Notes: generated from the letters alone by a model not told the origin. Positions 1 through 12,875 are shown, counted from the first letter of the whole stretch. The stretch: 63,458 nt of DNA, filler included, from Octopus bimaculoides (GCF_001194135.2; 8 parts of 7 records of this genome joined end to end with filler, not necessarily neighbours in it); one strand, 5' to 3'. Numbers and translations are program-made.

Positions 1-300
1 GTGATTGTTTCAGTTAGTGGAATACTTTCATTTTTAAAGTGAAAGTATTTGACATGAGTGTTTTTGTTTCACTTTTGACACGTAATACTTAAATAGTGGA
101 GGAGATATTATGTTGCCGTGTGCTCGAACTCTGCAAGAAGTTAATTTTTTTTTACTAAAACACAACTGGAACCCTAAGTAAGACATGTGCAAAATTTGAA
201 TGAAATTGGTTGCGTAGTTCTCGAGTTTTAGGGATTCACACAGACAGACAGACAGACAGACAGACACACACACACACATTCTCATTTTTATATATATAGA
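1..300 (-). mobile_element. Helitron-like non-autonomous element (5' part)
   Basis: The minus strand begins A|TCTATATATATAAAAATGAG, then a (TG)/(TCTG) microsatellite, then 'aactacgcaaccaatttcattcaaattttgcac'. The architecture matches the copy at 6692 and resembles non-autonomous Helitrons. Confidence 0.5.
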
Positions 301-1489
301 TGTTAAATGGAACTTGGTATTTATCTTTTCCTATTCGGAGTTTAGACCATTTTATGAAAATGAATATATTTCGGTATCTGCAGTTATAATTCATTCTCTT
401 ATTTGAAGTTTATAAGTATTTTGTGTGATTACACGGTACTTTTCTGTAGTACAAAGAGGACAAATTGCAGTCTATTTTTGTTGTTGTTTTATATTTGTGA
501 TTATGTTGTTTCTTTTGACTCCCGCTTGTGTTGAGATAGAACTGTTGCATTTTTTTCTATATTTCGAAATCTCAGTGTGTTTTCTTTGCATTTTTATTTC
601 AACTCTCCAGTATTAGCACCGAAATATTTTTATCAGCTTGTCCAACTTATCATAGTGTAACTTTGTACACTACAATTGTTTGTAAGTATTTTCCATGTAA
701 TGAGCATGTATCTGTCCTGGTGTTCTTGTATGAGTTTGCAGTATTATGTGTTCTTTAGTGATTGTGATATTATGTTTTGATTTTATACACCTGTAGCTAA
801 CTCTTGCTAACTTTTAATGTCAAGGTAGTTTACAACGGATAAGTTGCTTTTAATTTCTTGAAAGATCTTTCTTGTTTTGCTTTTTTTCTAAATTTTTCAA
901 ACCCATTCTCCTCTATATTTTTAATATGGTTAGGCCATTGTCTAGATATAGGCCTATTTGGGGTTAGAACCGAGAAAAACAGATACACACTGCACATACA
1001 CAGACACATGCGCGTGCGAATTCCAGAATATATGTCAAAATGAAACGGTCCTGTCTAAAAGAAAGCTACATGATCAAAAATATGAAAATAATAAACATAG
1101 ACTGCATACCATCTACAATTTGTCCCCACGCATTTTTTACAATTTGTCCTTACGCATAACAGAAAATACAGTGTAATCACACAAAACACATACACACTAA
1201 ACAGCAATAAAAATAGTATTATATTACGTTGCACGACACCAAAGTAAATTCATGTTCAAAAATATATAAATAAAATAAATAGTATAAAATATGTAAATAT
1301 ATAAATAATATAGAATATATATCAAAATAAATAATATAAAATTGAATAAAAAGATTACTTGCATTTGGTATGCTGAATGGGAGGTTACGATTAAAAAAAA
1401 TATTATCATAATCAGACAAGTATTTCGAAGGTATAATGGCTCTATACAACAGCATAGATAAATATAAACACAATCGGGTTCAGTCTGTG

Positions 1490-1612
1490 TTAGGGCAGCG
1501 GCAAAAGGAGTTAATGATGTGGAAGGCCCAGGAGCTATAAACGAACGTGTGGCATAAAATTTGACGTTTCAAGGGAGGTGACACCAGCCTCGAAGACAAG
1601 GCAAGATCTTGA
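1490..1612 (+). mobile_element. mariner transposase N-terminal (HTH) fossil
   Basis: Disrupted translation AAAKGVNDVEGPGAINERVA*...RF.GGDTSLEDKARS matches the mariner 'RF..GD.SLED..RSGRP' region. Confidence 0.6.
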
Positions 1613-1645
1613 AATGGCTGAACAACAGCCAAGGACATTGTTTCT

Positions 1646-1880
1646 TAATTCTTTATTGCCCATAAGGGGCTAAACATAGAGGGGACAAACAAGGACAGAC
1701 AAAGGGATTAAGTCGATTACATCGACCCCAGTGCGTAACTGGTACTTAGTTTATAGACCCCCGAAAGGATGAAAGGCAAAGTCATCCTCAGCGGAATTTG
1801 AACTCAGAACGTAACGGCAGACGAAATACCGCCAAGCATTTTGCCCGGCGTGCTAACGTTTCTGCCAGCTCGCCGCCTTT
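1646..1880 (-). mobile_element. SINE family A (tRNA-like head GGCGGCGAGCTGGCAG...), full length with 13-bp TSD
   Basis: Near-identical to copies at 11618 and 63108. TSD GGACATTGTTTCT at 1633-1645 and 1881-1893. Confidence 0.85.
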
Positions 1881-2136
1881 GGACATTGTTTCTGTTGATG
1901 TTATCTTTATTGCCATTGTTGTTGTTGCTGTTGTAGTTATTGTGGGTGCATTGGTTTAGTATGTTCGTGTTGTTCCTGGTGTTGTAATGTCTTAATTTCC
2001 ATCTTATTAAAAGCGAATTGTCTCACCTGTCTGTGACTTTCAGTTGTTTTAATGCCTAGCGTTAACAGGGGACGTCCCCAAACTCTATCTCGCAGTGAAT
2101 TCGGTGAACAAACACAACACATACATTGAGTATGTG

Positions 2137-2168
<32 letters not shown>

Positions 2169-2397
2169 NNNNNNNNNNNNNNNNNNNNNNNNNNNNNNNN
2201 NNNNNNNNNNNNNNNNNNNNNNNNNNNNNNNNNNNNNNNNNNNNNNNNNNNNNNNNNNNNNNNNNNNNNNNNNNNNNNNNNNNNNNNNNNNNNNNNNNNN
2301 NNNNNNNNNNNAGTATATGAATTTCTACTCTTCCCATCCCTCACATCAAAACGAACATCCCATATAGCATGGGAATCGAAGAAACCGGCTTTATGAA

Positions 2398-2515
2398 TGC
2401 TTTGCCTTTCATCCTATCGGGGTCGAGAAATTAAGTATCAGTGAAATACTGGGGTCGATATGTAATCGACTAGTCCTCTACCCAAAATTTCAGGCTTTGT
2501 GCCTTTAGTAGAAAG
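2398..2515 (+). mobile_element. SINE family A, partial
   Basis: 'ctttgcctttcatcctatcggggtcgagaaattaagta...ctggggtcgat' core shared with other copies. Confidence 0.7.
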
Positions 2516-2684
2516 AAATATCATCATTATTATTTTTATTTACTTTTAATCTGCATGTTTAGACACACCCAGCGTCCTAGGGCGAGTGAACGATAAGAGA
2601 TGTTACAGTATGACTGAAAGCTTGGGGAGGGGAAGTGGCAGGGGAAGTGGCAGGGGCAGTAGCGAAATATCTCCATATAATAAA

Positions 2685-3765
2685 ACACATACATTTAAAT
2701 TGATAGGGTTTTTCTAAGGATGTGGACAGTATTGTCAGCACAAGCTTTTGGATTTCTCTGGACATCCCTTTCATATCAAACCTAGAGCACCCACAATAAC
2801 AGGAACAGTTCGTGCTTTAAGATGCTACATGTTTTGTATTTCAATTTCCAGGTCCTTGGTTTACTTAATTTGACAAATTCTTTTACAGACATATTTTTAT
2901 CACTTACATCTATTAGCCTACGAGTATTTTCTCTGATTGATTAACCTGGATCGTTTTATCGGTGTTGACTGGAAGATCCCAGCGAATAGAGACATTTTTT
3001 ACCTTCAACAACTAGCTCGGGATGATGTTCATACCAGTAAGCAGGAATGCTGATTTTGTAGTGTTTACATATTTTTCAATGTAAATACTGTCCTACACTG
3101 TCATGGCGATTTTTGCATTCGTTTAGTGTCAGCACAGGACATCTCGAGAAACGATAGTCTATTGTTTCATCAAATTTATCGCAGAATCTACATTTAGGGT
3201 CAGAACCGTTTTGAAGAACGTTAGCCTGGTAGTTTTTTGTAAGCAAACTTTGATCTTGTGCTGCCAATATGAAACTTTCAGTCTCTGCTTTCATTCCTGA
3301 GCTTCTCCGCCACTCATGGGTTGTTGCTTGATCTACATCAGCATTTCGACTTCGAAGTATATAGTGTCCATGCAGAGGCTTCTGGCTCCACCGCGCCTCA
3401 GTTTCTTTCTGCCCATTCCTCTTTGCAGTCTGTTTGATCAGTTATACTTCTTTCGTGGCAGTGGTTTCAGGTTCTTCATCTAATTCAGGGTTAATGCCAA
3501 GTTCTCTTGCGAATTTGCAAGCTTCCTTGACAATAGAATGTGATTTTTTGCTGCTTTCATGTTTGTACACAAGCCGCAGCATCCAGTCCTCTGTACTTGA
3601 TAAGTACCTGTTCATTGCTATTGTGGAGGTCTTAAAGCACAGTTCCACTCGCATCATTCCTCTTCCCCAATTACTTCTAGGTAGATACAGACGATCAACG
3701 TCTGCTTTTGGGTGGTGCATGTTCTTAGATGTTAGTAGTTTTCTTGTGTTCCTGTCTGTAAGATT
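2685..3765 (-). mobile_element. R4/Dong-like non-LTR retrotransposon, 3' part (post-RT, CCHC knuckle, RLE endonuclease), decayed
   Basis: Motifs HHPKADVDRLYLPRS.WGRG; AAQDQSLLTKNY..KCRFC..FDETID..SRCP..RHD.V; WYEHHP..V.WD; VPVIVGALG; terminal EIQKLVL...HILRKTLSI*. Several frameshifts. Confidence 0.85.
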
Positions 3766-4090
3766 TCAGTTAAGAGTAAGAGTATTGTAAGAGTACTGTA
3801 AGATTCCAGTAAAGGATGTTAAAACTGTATTGGACTACTGGAGTTGAGTTCAGTTTTTGGTCTGAGACATATTCTTCTGTAATACTCCTTTCGTATTTTT
3901 CCCTCATAGTAGCTTGTATACAATTACTATTATTATTATTATTATTATTATTATGTTGTTGTTTTTTTTCTTCTTTCTTCAAATTTTCTCCCATTTCTCG
4001 CCGAGTGTTTTCCGTACACCTAGGGCAGAGGAACTCGTTGTATGCATTCCAAATTTACACACGCAAATTCACAGGTAAAACATGTATTTA

Positions 4091-4190
4091 NNNNNNNNNN
4101 NNNNNNNNNNNNNNNNNNNNNNNNNNNNNNNNNNTTAATTAATTAANNNNNNNNNNNNNNNNNNNNNNNNNNNNNNNNNNNNNNNNNNNN
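4091..4190. other. Artificial 100-bp join linker (44N-TTAATTAATTAA-44N)
   Basis: TTAATTAATTAA at 4135-4146, flanked by exactly 44 N on each side; places stops in all six frames. Confidence 0.95.
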
Positions 4191-4195
4191 AAAAA

Positions 4196-4258
<63 letters not shown>

Positions 4259-4559
4259 GGCCTGCCAATATTGAATTAGCTGTGAAATGATGATATTTAG
4301 TTGATTTTCACCAGGTATTTATAAAATTAGCACTGGTCTGGTGCTATTTAGTTTAAGCCCTGGCATTATTAAATTAGCAACCTGCTAGTGACAGCCTAGT
4401 ATTATCAAATTAGCAATGATCTGCTGCTAGTGAGTTTGTTATAATGCAGTAGTGCTAGTCTATGGTGCAGTATCATTAAATTAGCAAAAGTCTGGTGTTT
4501 GGCAGTTTGATATGCAAAGAACTGCTAAACAAATACCACGCTTGAAAAAACTATTCAGT

Positions 4560-5600
4560 TTTGGTACCAGAAATGGCAACAAACTTTGGAATATTGCTTC
4601 ATGGAGTCTTATCCAAACCATGCCACATCTCACTTTTCACACCAACAATTGCTTTTGATATGACAAGTGAGTCCTCAAGAACTTTCTTAACTCAGAAAGT
4701 TTTATCACTTTGTTAGCAACCAGTTTGAACTATCACCTCAAGAACAACTTTGACCTTCTGAGTTGGTCACCACAAGAACTCAATGAGATAGACTTTTGAA
4801 CTTGCAAGTTACTCAGTGTCACAGGAAACTTCAACATCAACATAGATGTAGACAGGCTATACACAAGGATAGTGGCTGTGGTTTCAAATCTTTATTGATG
4901 TCATATGAAGCACAGATTGTAGCATTGAAACAATATCTGCAGCAGGGAAGAGGGGCCAATAACTATCTTGTACAAGTTTGCGACAACAAAACCAACAAAG
5001 TAATTAAAATAGTTAATGAACTTGAAAAGAGGTAGAAATAAGAGTTGATACAGAAGCTAGTGATGTTCAATTAAAATCCCTTAATAGATAGTAAATACCA
5101 TATTTTCCCTGCATATGGATCCAAATTTTAAGACCAATGTTTCCAACAGAAACAAGTAGATCGGTGTATACACCGAGATGACTTTGGAGGACCAAAACTC
5201 CCATGTGAAATGCAGCAGAATTTGGAAAGACACTGATGTTGCTTGAATGGTTACACTACATCTTTATATACTACATTGATTTGTGTACTGAAAGATCATG
5301 AATTATAACAATTTAACCTATTGTAACAACTTGAAGATTGAGGAACCAATGAAGGAGGCTTTATGAGGTTTTATAACATGCAAAAAGTAGCTGTTATATT
5401 TCCAATCTTCCATGAATATGTGTCTGTTGAAGAGAAAATATTACCTTATTTAAAAATAGGTAAAAGTTGATGACAAGAATGGCATTTGGCAAAAAATATA
5501 AAAAACTGCCTCGAAAAATTCTGTCCAATTGGTGCGAACATGAAAATGGACATTAAAGCAATGAGAATCATGCTTTATATATACCTTGCATAAACAATAT
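4560..5600 (+). mobile_element. Second, heavily decayed R4/Dong-like RLE LINE fragment
   Basis: KDSGCGFKSL..YEAQIVALKQYL resembles the post-RT 'GGRGL.S' block. The downstream ...EEKI.PY.......EWHL...CPIGA loosely resembles the RLE C-terminus. Many stops. Confidence 0.45.
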
Positions 5601-6571
5601 TTATTGTATACCATATGAAGAATATACTTTGTGAAATTATGTCCCTTCTATTCTTCCGTAAGCATAGATACATATAAACATTGCAATGAGATTTTTCATC
5701 CAAAAAAATTAAGTAATTTTAATTATAAGTTTAGCATTATTTTTTTTAAGTATGGAAATGAGTAATTATCAAAAACACATTTATCAAGTCCTTTAATTAT
5801 ATATATTTTTAATAACTGGTTAATTCAGCGTTTATTTAATTTCTATGGTAATAATATTATTATGATAATGTTTTTAGAAAGTTTCTCTCTTTTATAAATT
5901 ACATACTTTTTAATAATAATCTTTGATTTTAAGTAATGATTATTATAAATAATTAATGCAATATAATTTATAATATTATTTGCTATTTGACTAGAGATGA
6001 TATAGTATTTTAAATATACTATTATGCTATTTACCCATAGATTAAAAGCATATTGTTATTATAATAGAATGTATTTTTTAATAATATGAAAGAATGAAAG
6101 TGATATTTCTAATTTCACCATAGTTTTTTAAATATATTTTTTTGAATACTTTTTTAAATATTGTTCTTAGTATTTTTAAAAAAACAACTAATGTGCTAGG
6201 ATATATTTAGATTAAAATACTGAATAGTATACAAATATATTTTATGAGCATTATATTAGTTTATTTTTCATATTTTATTTTTAATTTTTTATCTTTGTTT
6301 TTGTTTTTAATTATTGACGCTCGCGTTTGAAAACAAATACATCTAAATTCAATCTTTTCTTGGATCTGTGAATCCTCATATATTAAAAATTACACTGAGG
6401 AGATTCTTACCTACAAACAATGGATTTTTATAATTCTATTATGGGTAGGAATCAAAATAGTTGTATGTAATTTGTATTTATTATTTATCATTTATTATAT
6501 TATTATCAAAATATAATATATTATGTTAATAAATTTTAATTTTTGAATTGACAGTTGCATATCACACACAC

Positions 6572-6690
6572 TAAGCTTCCACACTGTTTCCATCTACTGA
6601 ATTCACTAACAAGGCATTGGTCAACCTTGTCCTGTAATAAAAGTCCAAAGTGTTGTGTGGTGACTCAACCACACAGCCATGCCTGCAGCC
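6572..6690 (-). mobile_element. SINE family B (GCAGGAGTGGCTGTGTGG head), decayed
   Basis: 'ttccacactgtttccatctactgaattcactaacaaggcattgg...accacacagccatgcctgc' matches family B copies. Confidence 0.7.
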
Positions 6691-6691
6691 A

Positions 6692-6980
6692 TCTATATAT
6701 ATATATATATAAAACAAAGGATGTTTGTGTGTATGTCTGTGTGTGTAATATGTATGCATTTCTACAATTTTCAACTGGTTTTCACCAAACTTTTCATACA
6801 CATCACTTATGTGCCAAGGATGGTCATGCACTATGATTTTTTGCCCGGAGCTCCCATGTAAAACAAGAAATTTTGGAAAAAGGGGTTTTACATGGGTTTT
6901 TCTCTAAAAACTGCAGTTTTTAACTGATTCTCTCACTTTTCTCATTCTCTGTTTCTCTTGCTTACATATATTCTCTCTCA
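6692..6980 (+). mobile_element. Helitron-like non-autonomous element (5' part)
   Basis: A|TCTATATAT..AAAA start, (TG) microsatellite, 'ttttcaactggttttcaccaaactt'; parallels the element at 1-300. Confidence 0.5.
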
Positions 6981-7138
6981 CCCTCTGTAATAGTTCCTCT
7001 CTTTTAGACCATGTCTTCTTTCCCCCTCCCTCCCTCCTTTCTGTTTGACTAAAGGCAGTGCTCCATCTTGGCCACAGTCAAACAACTGAAAAAAAAAGCT
7101 ATGCCATTTTAATCTTGAGCAATGCCAGGTATCTGCTA

Positions 7139-7180
<42 letters not shown>

Positions 7181-8637
7181 NNNNNNNNNNNNNNNNNNNN
7201 NNNNNNNNNNNNNNNNNNNNNNNNNNNNNNNNNNNNNNNNNNNNNNNNNNNNNNNNNNNNNNNNNNNNNNNNNNNNNNNNNNNNNNNNNNNNNNNNNNNN
7301 NNNNNNNNNNNNNNNNNNNNNNNNNNNNNNNNNNNNNNNNNNNNNNNNNNNNNNNNNNNNNNNNNNNNNNNNNNNNNNNNNNNNNNNNNNNNNNNNNNNN
7401 NNNNNNNNNNNNNNNNNNNNNNNNNNNNNNNNNNNNNNNNNNNNNNNNNNNNNNNNNNNNNNNNNNNNNNNNNNNNNNNNNNNNNNNNNNNNNNNNNNNN
7501 NNNNNNNNNNNNNNNNNNNNNNNNNNNNNNNNNNNNNNNNNNNNNNNNNNNNNNNNNNNNNNNNNNNNNNNNNNNNNNNNNNNNNNNNNNNNNNNNNNNN
7601 NNNNNNNNNNNNNNNNNNNNNNNNNNNNNNNNNNNNNNNNNNNNNNNNNNNNNNNNNNNNNNNNNNNNNNNNNNNNNNNNNNNNNNNNNNNNNNNNNNNN
7701 NNNNNNNNNNNNNNNNNNNNNNNNNNNNNNNNNNNNNNNNNNNNNNNNNNNNNNNNNNNNNNNNNNNNNNNNNNNNNNNNNNNNNNNNNNNNNNNNNNNN
7801 NNNNNNNNNNNNNNNNNNNNNNNNNNNNNNNNNNNNNNNNNNNNNNNNNNNNNNNNNNNNNNNNNNNNNNNNNNNNNNNNNNNNNNNNNNNNNNNNNNNN
7901 NNNNNNNNNNNNNNNNNNNNNNNNNNNNNNNNNNNNNNNNNNNNNNNNNNNNNNNNNNNNNNNNNNNNNNNNNNNNNNNNNNNNNNNNNNNNNNNNNNNN
8001 NNNNNNNNTATATATACACACACACATGTGTGTATGTGTGTGTATACATACATGTAAACATACATACATACAAGCATACATTTGGCACTCAAATCTCTGC
8101 CCCGATGTAGTCTTGTCTGACCTATACAAACAGAGAAAAGTAGATGCTATGATGATGATAATGATGATATATAATTTACTTCATTCATTGTGTACTTTTC
8201 CTCCCATTTGTAATTCCAAATGTCGTTTTATTATAAATTTTTATGTGAATGTAGATGCGTGGCTGTGAATGTAACTGACTGTACATTTAGGTACAGATAC
8301 AAACATAGATAAACATATACACACTCAAACACACTGTAAATATAAATACCTACAGATATGTACTTCATGTATGTATTCATAAACGCATACCAAAATATAC
8401 ACAGTTATAAAATAATTATATTTAAAGATTCATGAATAATTGTATACCCACATAGTTATAAATATGCATATGTTAAGCCTTTATATTTAATTCAATGTTA
8501 TATGCATCAACCAAATTGTAATTTCATATATGTGTGTATATTTTGTATATAAATATATTTATATATATGATATATTGATATATATAATAAATATAATATA
8601 TGATATATTTATGTATACAATAAATATATATACAGAA

Positions 8638-8713
<76 letters not shown>

Positions 8714-9569
8714 CTACACTATTACTTTTTACTGATTTCAATAATTCAGCTGTGGCCATGCTGTGTCTCTGAATATGTGGTGTGTATGTCCTTATATGTG
8801 TGTGCAAGTGTTTATGTATGCATACGGTGTACCGATTGCAGTGTACCAAATATAAATTCATAAATGGATAAAAATATATTTATATTTATCCATTATCTTA
8901 CTTTTCTCAGTTTAGAAATGTTCAAGAATTATTCCAAAATATAATTAACCCTAATCAAAAAGAACATATCCCTTACTCAATAGAAACTTCGCTCTATACA
9001 AAAAGATTTCCCTTAATTCTACAAACATTCTAAATAACAATTCATACAAAGTGGCCCTACAACCTAGATATTCTGGCTTGATCCCACTATGTGCCATCTA
9101 CCATAGACTTCTATTGCTTAAGTCTGTGGAATTTGGTAAACAGAAATTTTGTTAAAACATTCTCTATGGGGATGTGTGTGTGTGTGTGTGCATGCGAAAG
9201 TTCTCCTTGCAAACATGTAGCTTCAAGTTCATTCCCAGAGTGCATCACTTCGGTCAAGTGTCCTCTGCCATATTCCTAGGTCAATCAATGCTATGTAGGC
9301 GAATCCAGTATAGAAAAACTGAAAGAAACCTTTTGTACTTGTGTATGTTTGTGTGTACATATGTCTTTCAATAATCTATTGGCAAAGAATGTATTGAGGA
9401 AATATTGAGGTCTCTTGTCAAAATATTTGTTCTGCATTGAGTTACAGATACTCCCTTGCTATCAATATCATCAGAAAATGCAATGAATTTCTGATTTGTC
9501 TATGGAAATACAACCAACAAAGCTATTTACCCATGATTTGTGATTTAAAACAAAAGTAGTCTATTAATG

Positions 9570-9960
9570 TGATTCCTTTGATGTGCCCTTTCTCTCAACA
9601 AACAATATTTTGGTCCAAGCTGATGGAGATAGCAATGGGATCTCAGTTGGGACTTCATTCAGCTAATTATTACCAAATGGAATCCCAAGAAATACCACAG
9701 CTAAAGCCAGTGCAGCTGAGAAGCTTTCTTTCATTGAGTAGATGTATGTCAATGATATATTTCTTATTACCAATAGTGAAAGTAAGTATGAAGAAACTTT
9801 GGAGCCATCTAGAAGATAATGCTGTTGCAAAAAAAAAAAAAAAAAAAAAAAAAACAGGAATATTAGCTAACAATGTGAGCGTCAATAATAAATTACTTTT
9901 CCTATCCTTCACTACAGAATTTTCGATATTCTCACAAGTTTGGTGTAGACAAATGCTTAT
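9570..9960 (+). mobile_element. Penelope-like element reverse transcriptase fragment (decayed)
   Basis: Frameshifted Q.DG..IAMGSQLG...ANYY (PLE MGSPLSP..AN motif), followed by YVNDIF (YVDD motif). Confidence 0.65.
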
Positions 9961-10189
9961 AAATAAAGGCAGCTGCTGCCTCCATGGAAATGGCAAAGAG
10001 TTCTTTTATTTAAAATCATTGGTGTTAGGAAAACATTAGTTAGAGAGGAAGGGGAAAAAAAAATCAGTTCAGATATATAGTCCAGGTATTTGTAATATAT
10101 GTTCAGCAGGTATATTTATGATAACAGAGATAAGATGGAAAATAGAAGGAAAAGATTGATAGACAACTATGGAGACAAACATACATACG

Positions 10190-10226
<37 letters not shown>

Positions 10227-10272
10227 CTATATATATATATAGAGAGAGATAGATAGATAGATAGATAGAATG

Positions 10273-10315
<43 letters not shown>

Positions 10316-11394
10316 CAGATAGATAGATAGATAGATAGATAGCTATGTAGAAAGAAAGACAGAGGAAGAGGGAGAGAGGGAGAGAAAGAGGTTGGCTTCA
10401 ACAATCTTTTCGTTCTTCTCAACATAATTTTAGCGATAGTTTGATAAGAAAACATGCTACAGCATTCATCAAATAAAAGTAACTATACTGATAAACAGCA
10501 TCATCATCAGTAGTGGTGGTGGTGGTTGTAGTAGTACTATTAATAGTAGAGGTAGTAGTTTTGGAAGAAGTAGTAGTAGTGGTTCCAGTGCTTTTAAAAT
10601 TGTTGTTATAGTAATAATAATGATAATGATAGTAGTAATAGTGAAATAATAACAACAAGAATAGTATAAACAATATTGGCAGCAGCAGCAGCAACTACAA
10701 CAATACAGATAAAGAAATAATAATGGTTTATTCTTTTATAACAATAGAAGCAGCAGCAGTAGTAGTAGTAGTAGTAGTAGCAGTTGTAGTAGCAGTAACA
10801 ACAACAATGATAATGATGACAACCACCACAACAATATCGAAGCCCAGGGTGTTTAATACCTGAGCGCTGATTACCAATTGGCGTACAAGTAATGAGGAAA
10901 TAATCAACTCCTTCAGTAAAGCAGAAGCTGGAAACAGCATCAAATGCCGAGGGCGGAACTCATTATTTAGGTATTTGAATAATAACGAAAGCTAATTTGT
11001 CTTATATGTAGCAGCTGGTTTGCAATGCACTGAGGTAGCCATTTGATTATTTACCAGGACTCTTTCCCAAAGTACATATTCTCGGTGATGTTAGCAAGTT
11101 CACATGCATGCACAAACACAAACATGCCCACACACACACACACACACACACATGCACTCATATGTGTATGTACGTATGTATGTATGTATGTATGAATGTA
11201 TGTATGTATGTATATATGTATGCCTAGATACACAAATACACAGATATGCAAATACATACATGGCTATACATACATACATACATTTATATATATATATCGT
11301 GATCATTTACTGTATACATTTCATGCTGGTATGGGTTGGTGCATGTAATACATACACACACACATCCATATATATCTTATCTTTTACTTCTTTC

Positions 11395-11564
11395 AGACAT
11401 GCTGGAGCACTGCCTTGAAGAATTTTTAGCCAAATGAATTGATTCTAGTATATATTTTTTCTTAAGCCTGGTACTCATTATATCAATCTCTTTTTGCCAA
11501 ACCACTCAGTTACAGGAATGTAAACTTACCAACACCAGTTCTCTAATGGTGTTGGGGTACAAAG

Positions 11565-11600
<36 letters not shown>

Positions 11601-11990
11601 ACAGGCTTCCTTCAGTTCCCTATTTCTTTTATTTCTTTATTGCCCACAAGGGGCTAAACATAGAGGAGACAAACAAAGACAGACAAAGGTATTAAGTCGA
11701 TTATATCGACCCCAGTGTGTAACTGGTACTTAGTTTATCGACCCCGAAAGGATGAAAGGCAAAGTCGACCTCGGCAGAATTTGAACTCAGAACGTAACGG
11801 CAGACGAAATATCGCTAAGCATTTCGCCCAGCGTGCTAACGTTTCTGCCAGCTCGCTTCCTTCAGTTTCTGCCAACCAAATCCACTCACAAGGATTTGGT
11901 TAGCCCAAGTAGAAGACACTTGCCCATCATGCCACGCAGCAGGACAGAACCCAGAACCATATGGTTGGGAAGCAAAAACACCATATAATA
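11395..11990 (-). mobile_element. SINE family B, full length, interrupted by a family A insertion
   Basis: Tail 'gctggagcactgcc' at about 11400, internal (CA/TA) microsatellite, head at about 11860-11975. Confidence 0.75.
11618..11856 (-). mobile_element. SINE family A nested in family B with 13-bp TSD
   Basis: GCTTCCTTCAGTT at 11605-11617 and 11855-11867. Confidence 0.85.
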
Positions 11991-12051
11991 CACATCCACA
12001 GACATTATTTATACATATATGTATATAGATATAAGCGTGTGTGTGTATGTA

Positions 12052-12082
<31 letters not shown>

Positions 12083-12087
12083 TTATA

Positions 12088-12439
12088 CAATAACGCCTCA
12101 CGCCATGAGGGACTCTAAGGTCAGACTATTTACCGAGATGCAATTCGAAATTCCCGCCACTTACATAGGGAAATAGCGATGAACAGTCGTCTATATGCTA
12201 TGCTGGATACATGGTGTTCGTTTGGTATGTTGATTCACTGTTTATTTCTATTTTTCTTGACCATATTATACTGACGAGTAGAAGTTGTATAATACTACAA
12301 TAACTACGAAATCATGATCTATAATTTAGTTCGTTTTTAAGGGGTTGGCTTTGAGAGTTGCATTTCCTCGCATTCGGTAAAAATGTGCTTTTTTTATAGT
12401 AGTCTGACCTTAGAGTCCCTCATGGCGTGAGGCGTTATT
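12088..12439. mobile_element. MITE with perfect 40-bp terminal inverted repeats
   Basis: AATAACGCCTCACGCCATGAGGGACTCTAAGGTCAGACTA (12089-12128) is the exact reverse complement of 12400-12439. The left flank is TA; the right end abuts a linker. Confidence 0.9.
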
Positions 12440-12539
12440 NNNNNNNNNNNNNNNNNNNNNNNNNNNNNNNNNNNNNNNNNNNNTTAATTAATTAANNNNN
12501 NNNNNNNNNNNNNNNNNNNNNNNNNNNNNNNNNNNNNNN
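12440..12539. other. Artificial 100-bp join linker
   Basis: TTAATTAATTAA at 12484-12495 within 44N/44N. Confidence 0.95.
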
Positions 12540-12875
12540 GATTGCCTCTGCTACGCGAGGTAGCTGAGTCATCTTGGATACGGTGATGGTGACGTCATCC
12601 GCATACGCCGAAACACCTTTACCACATCCGATTTCATTAGTGGTGCTTCCCAACTTCTCCAACCTCCGCAGCAATGGCTCGAGAGACAGAACATACAGAA
12701 GCGGAGACAGGGGGCACCCTTGACGGACTGAACGCCTGATCTCAAACGGCTCCGACAGGTAACCGTTCACCTGAACCGTGGATTTGATGCCACCATAAAT
12801 GGCCTTGATCCAACCGCGGAAATCCGGGCCTAGCCCAGCCGCCTCAAGGACTGCCGCCAGGTATCGATGTTCTTC
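12540..12875 (-). mobile_element. L1/Tx1-clade LINE reverse transcriptase fragment (open frame)
   Basis: EHRYLAAVLEAAGLGPDFRGWIKAIYGGIKSTVQVNGYLSEPFEIRRSVRQGCPLSPLLYVLSLEPLL...VSAYADDVT contains the canonical RQGCPLSP and YADD motifs. Confidence 0.9.

Noticed and set aside
4135-4146. TTAATTAATTAA as a biological homeodomain or PacI site
   Set aside because: It always sits in the centre of an identical 100-bp N spacer, so it is an assembly linker.
4270-4500. AAATTAGCA repeated four times (4324, 4371, 4407, 4478) as a CRISPR-like or regulatory array
   Set aside because: The motif is short, the spacing is irregular (47, 36, 71), and the spacers resemble each other; this is a degenerate minisatellite. 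No CRISPR array or cas gene is present in the window.
5327-5593. 88-codon frame open only if TGA=Trp (mitochondrial or Mollicute gene)
   Set aside because: Better explained as the decayed RLE domain of the adjacent R4/Dong-like element.
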